DNA of 64,000 bases from Candidatus Bathyarchaeota archaeon. Its GTDB lineage: Archaea > Thermoproteota > Bathyarchaeia > Bathyarchaeales > Bathycorpusculaceae. The stretch covers positions 76,483-140,482 of the forward strand of contig CAVZPM010000036.1 in the NCBI GenBank assembly GCA_963777155.1, in the 5' to 3' direction. The position numbers and the translations under genes were made by a program. Shown here piece after piece: positions 62,526 to 64,000 of the stretch. Position 1 is the stretch's first letter. The number at the start of each line of letters is the position of its first letter. Under the pieces are notes generated by a model, which was not told the origin of the DNA, ran no database searches, and worked only from the letters and a program-made list of their open reading frames with translations.

Positions 62526-64000
62526 TTGAGTCGCCGTTGGGAATTGCTGCTTTTTGTGTTTATTCTTAGTCTGTTGATGGTTGCATCTAGTTCAGCGGCT
62601 CTTTTTCAAAACTTGCAAGGAACTGATGGGAGTATAACCCAGACAGGGTCTGGTATTCAAAAGTTTACGTTGGATTACGATATGTCAGGGGGTTTTTTGG
62701 TTAGTCCACAATCTCCAGATGATGGATTAACGACATCTGATAATATGCCAGATTTCAAATTTACAGTTGTGCACCCAACTCTAGTGATGTTTAATTGTTC
62801 TTTGTGGCTGCAAAATGGCACGTCCTCGAAGGTTTACGCCTCCGGTGTTGCCGTGAACGCGTCCGTTACGACCTTGACGCCGTCGTCCGTTGTGCCGAAT
62901 GGTGTTTGGCAGTGGTGGATTAACTGCACAGGCGGTTCCCTGAGCGGTGTGACCGAAAAAAGAAACATCACCATAAACGTTTTTAGGGGTGATAAGACGT
63001 TCACGTCGACTTACGACGGCAGCACGAGAACTTATTGGTTGGATTTGCCCGATAATTTTGACGTTTCCGCTCCCACGCCGCTTCTTTTCTTCTTGCATGG
63101 TTACCATGGCAGCAGACTAACCTATTCCGGCTACACCGGGCTTAGACAGGTGTTCCAGAATCACACCTGGATCGTGGCAGCAACTGACTGCCGCACCGCA
63201 AACGGATATATGAATTGGTATGCTGAACCGTCCAGGCAGGACATCACGGATGTCTTGAACGTGCTGAAGCACGACTACCTCATCGACGCTAGCCACGTGC
63301 ATGTCATGGGGAACAGCATGGGCGGAGGCGGAGCTCTCAAGTACGCCATGTTCAACAATCAGGTAATCGCGAGCGTCGTTGACATTAATGGAGTGACGAA
63401 TTTTACTGCGTTCTACTCTGAAACCTCAACCTACAAGACCTCACTAGTGGCGTCGTATGGGGGCACGCCGTCCCAAGTTCCCGCCGTCTACAGAAACGAG
63501 AGCGCCCTGGGAAATGAGCAGCGTTTCAGCCACACCCCAGTCATGATTCTTCATGGAACAGCTGATGACACGATTAGCGTGAGTCAATCGCAGAACTTGA
63601 ACCAGAGCTTGAGCGCACGCGGATACGTGGTCAATTATGTTGAATTGCCAGGTGTTGGTCATGACATCCTAGCTGTAATCTCGGGGAGAGAGATGCAGAT
63701 TTTCAACTGGCTTAACGATCATCCAATGTGGGGCAACACACACCTTATGCTCAGCGTTCAGCCAAACCAAGATACTTACGCAAAGGGACAATCATTAACC
63801 CTTTTTGTGACTGCGTATAATGAGCATAACCCAGCTTTAGATGGCATTTTATCGTTAACTGTCTCTGGAGCTGGCGAATATGGGTATTTTGATTTTCAAA
63901 CAGTAAACGTAACAGCCAACGGAATTAGAGAGTACAGTTTCGATTGGAATATTCCAGATGTAGCCGGAACTTACGTGGTGGAGGTTAGTTTGGTTCCTGC
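62526..64000 (+). CDS. Secreted alpha/beta-hydrolase with LTAYD-type domain, paralog of 11294 lacking the phosphoesterase domain; runs off the window
   Basis: Manual translation from TTG: MSRRWELLLF...KFTLDYDMSGG...LHGYHG...GNSMGG...HGTADD...GHD...YVVEVSLVP; open to the window end. Confidence 0.9.
   Translation, partial: MSRRWELLLFVFILSLLMVASSSAALFQNLQGTDGSITQTGSGIQKFTLDYDMSGGFLVSPQSPDDGLTTSDNMPDFKFTVVHPTLVMFNCSLWLQNGTSSKVYASGVAVNASVTTLTPSSVVPNGVWQWWINCTGGSLSGVTEKRNITINVFRGDKTFTSTYDGSTRTYWLDLPDNFDVSAPTPLLFFLHGYHGSRLTYSGYTGLRQVFQNHTWIVAATDCRTANGYMNWYAEPSRQDITDVLNVLKHDYLIDASHVHVMGNSMGGGGALKYAMFNNQVIASVVDINGVTNFTAFYSETSTYKTSLVASYGGTPSQVPAVYRNESALGNEQRFSHTPVMILHGTADDTISVSQSQNLNQSLSARGYVVNYVELPGVGHDILAVISGREMQIFNWLNDHPMWGNTHLMLSVQPNQDTYAKGQSLTLFVTAYNEHNPALDGILSLTVSGAGEYGYFDFQTVNVTANGIREYSFDWNIPDVAGTYVVEVSLVP

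Noticed and set aside
62781-63662. Three minus-strand ORFs
   Set aside because: Antisense to the plus-strand hydrolase gene 62526-64000, which the track missed because its stop lies outside the window.

Overview
AT-rich archaeal DNA, most likely Bathyarchaeia. This is inferred from the long TrmB regulators, the PQQ-like beta-propeller surface protein, Pro/Thr-linker surface proteins and archaeal PIN-type toxin-antitoxin (TA) pairs. Layout: (1) 1-18 kb: a flippase followed by a cluster of secreted modular hydrolases and adhesins, several sharing a ~100-aa C-terminal domain that ends in LxPxxLTAYDxxW. (2) 18-36 kb: TrkH, surface proteins, a non-oxidative pentose-phosphate operon with an RPE-transketolase fusion, and a divergent PRPP synthase. 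(3) 37-42 kb: a two-route glucosylglycerate cluster. (4) 42-47 kb: a long TrmB regulator whose C-terminal domain is homologous to the secreted protein encoded divergently from it, plus a stand-alone copy of its HTH domain and an MFS transporter. This is the best candidate for an undescribed system. (5) 47-62 kb: a dense PIN TA array, many 3'-end gene fragments, a recurrent TAATTAAGAATTA site bracketing single genes, and a tRNA-like structured element. (6) 62-64 kb: a paralog of the 11-13.6 kb gene. I saw no rRNA, canonical tRNA, CRISPR array or intact integrase/transposase. All family calls come from motif recognition by eye; no database search was run.
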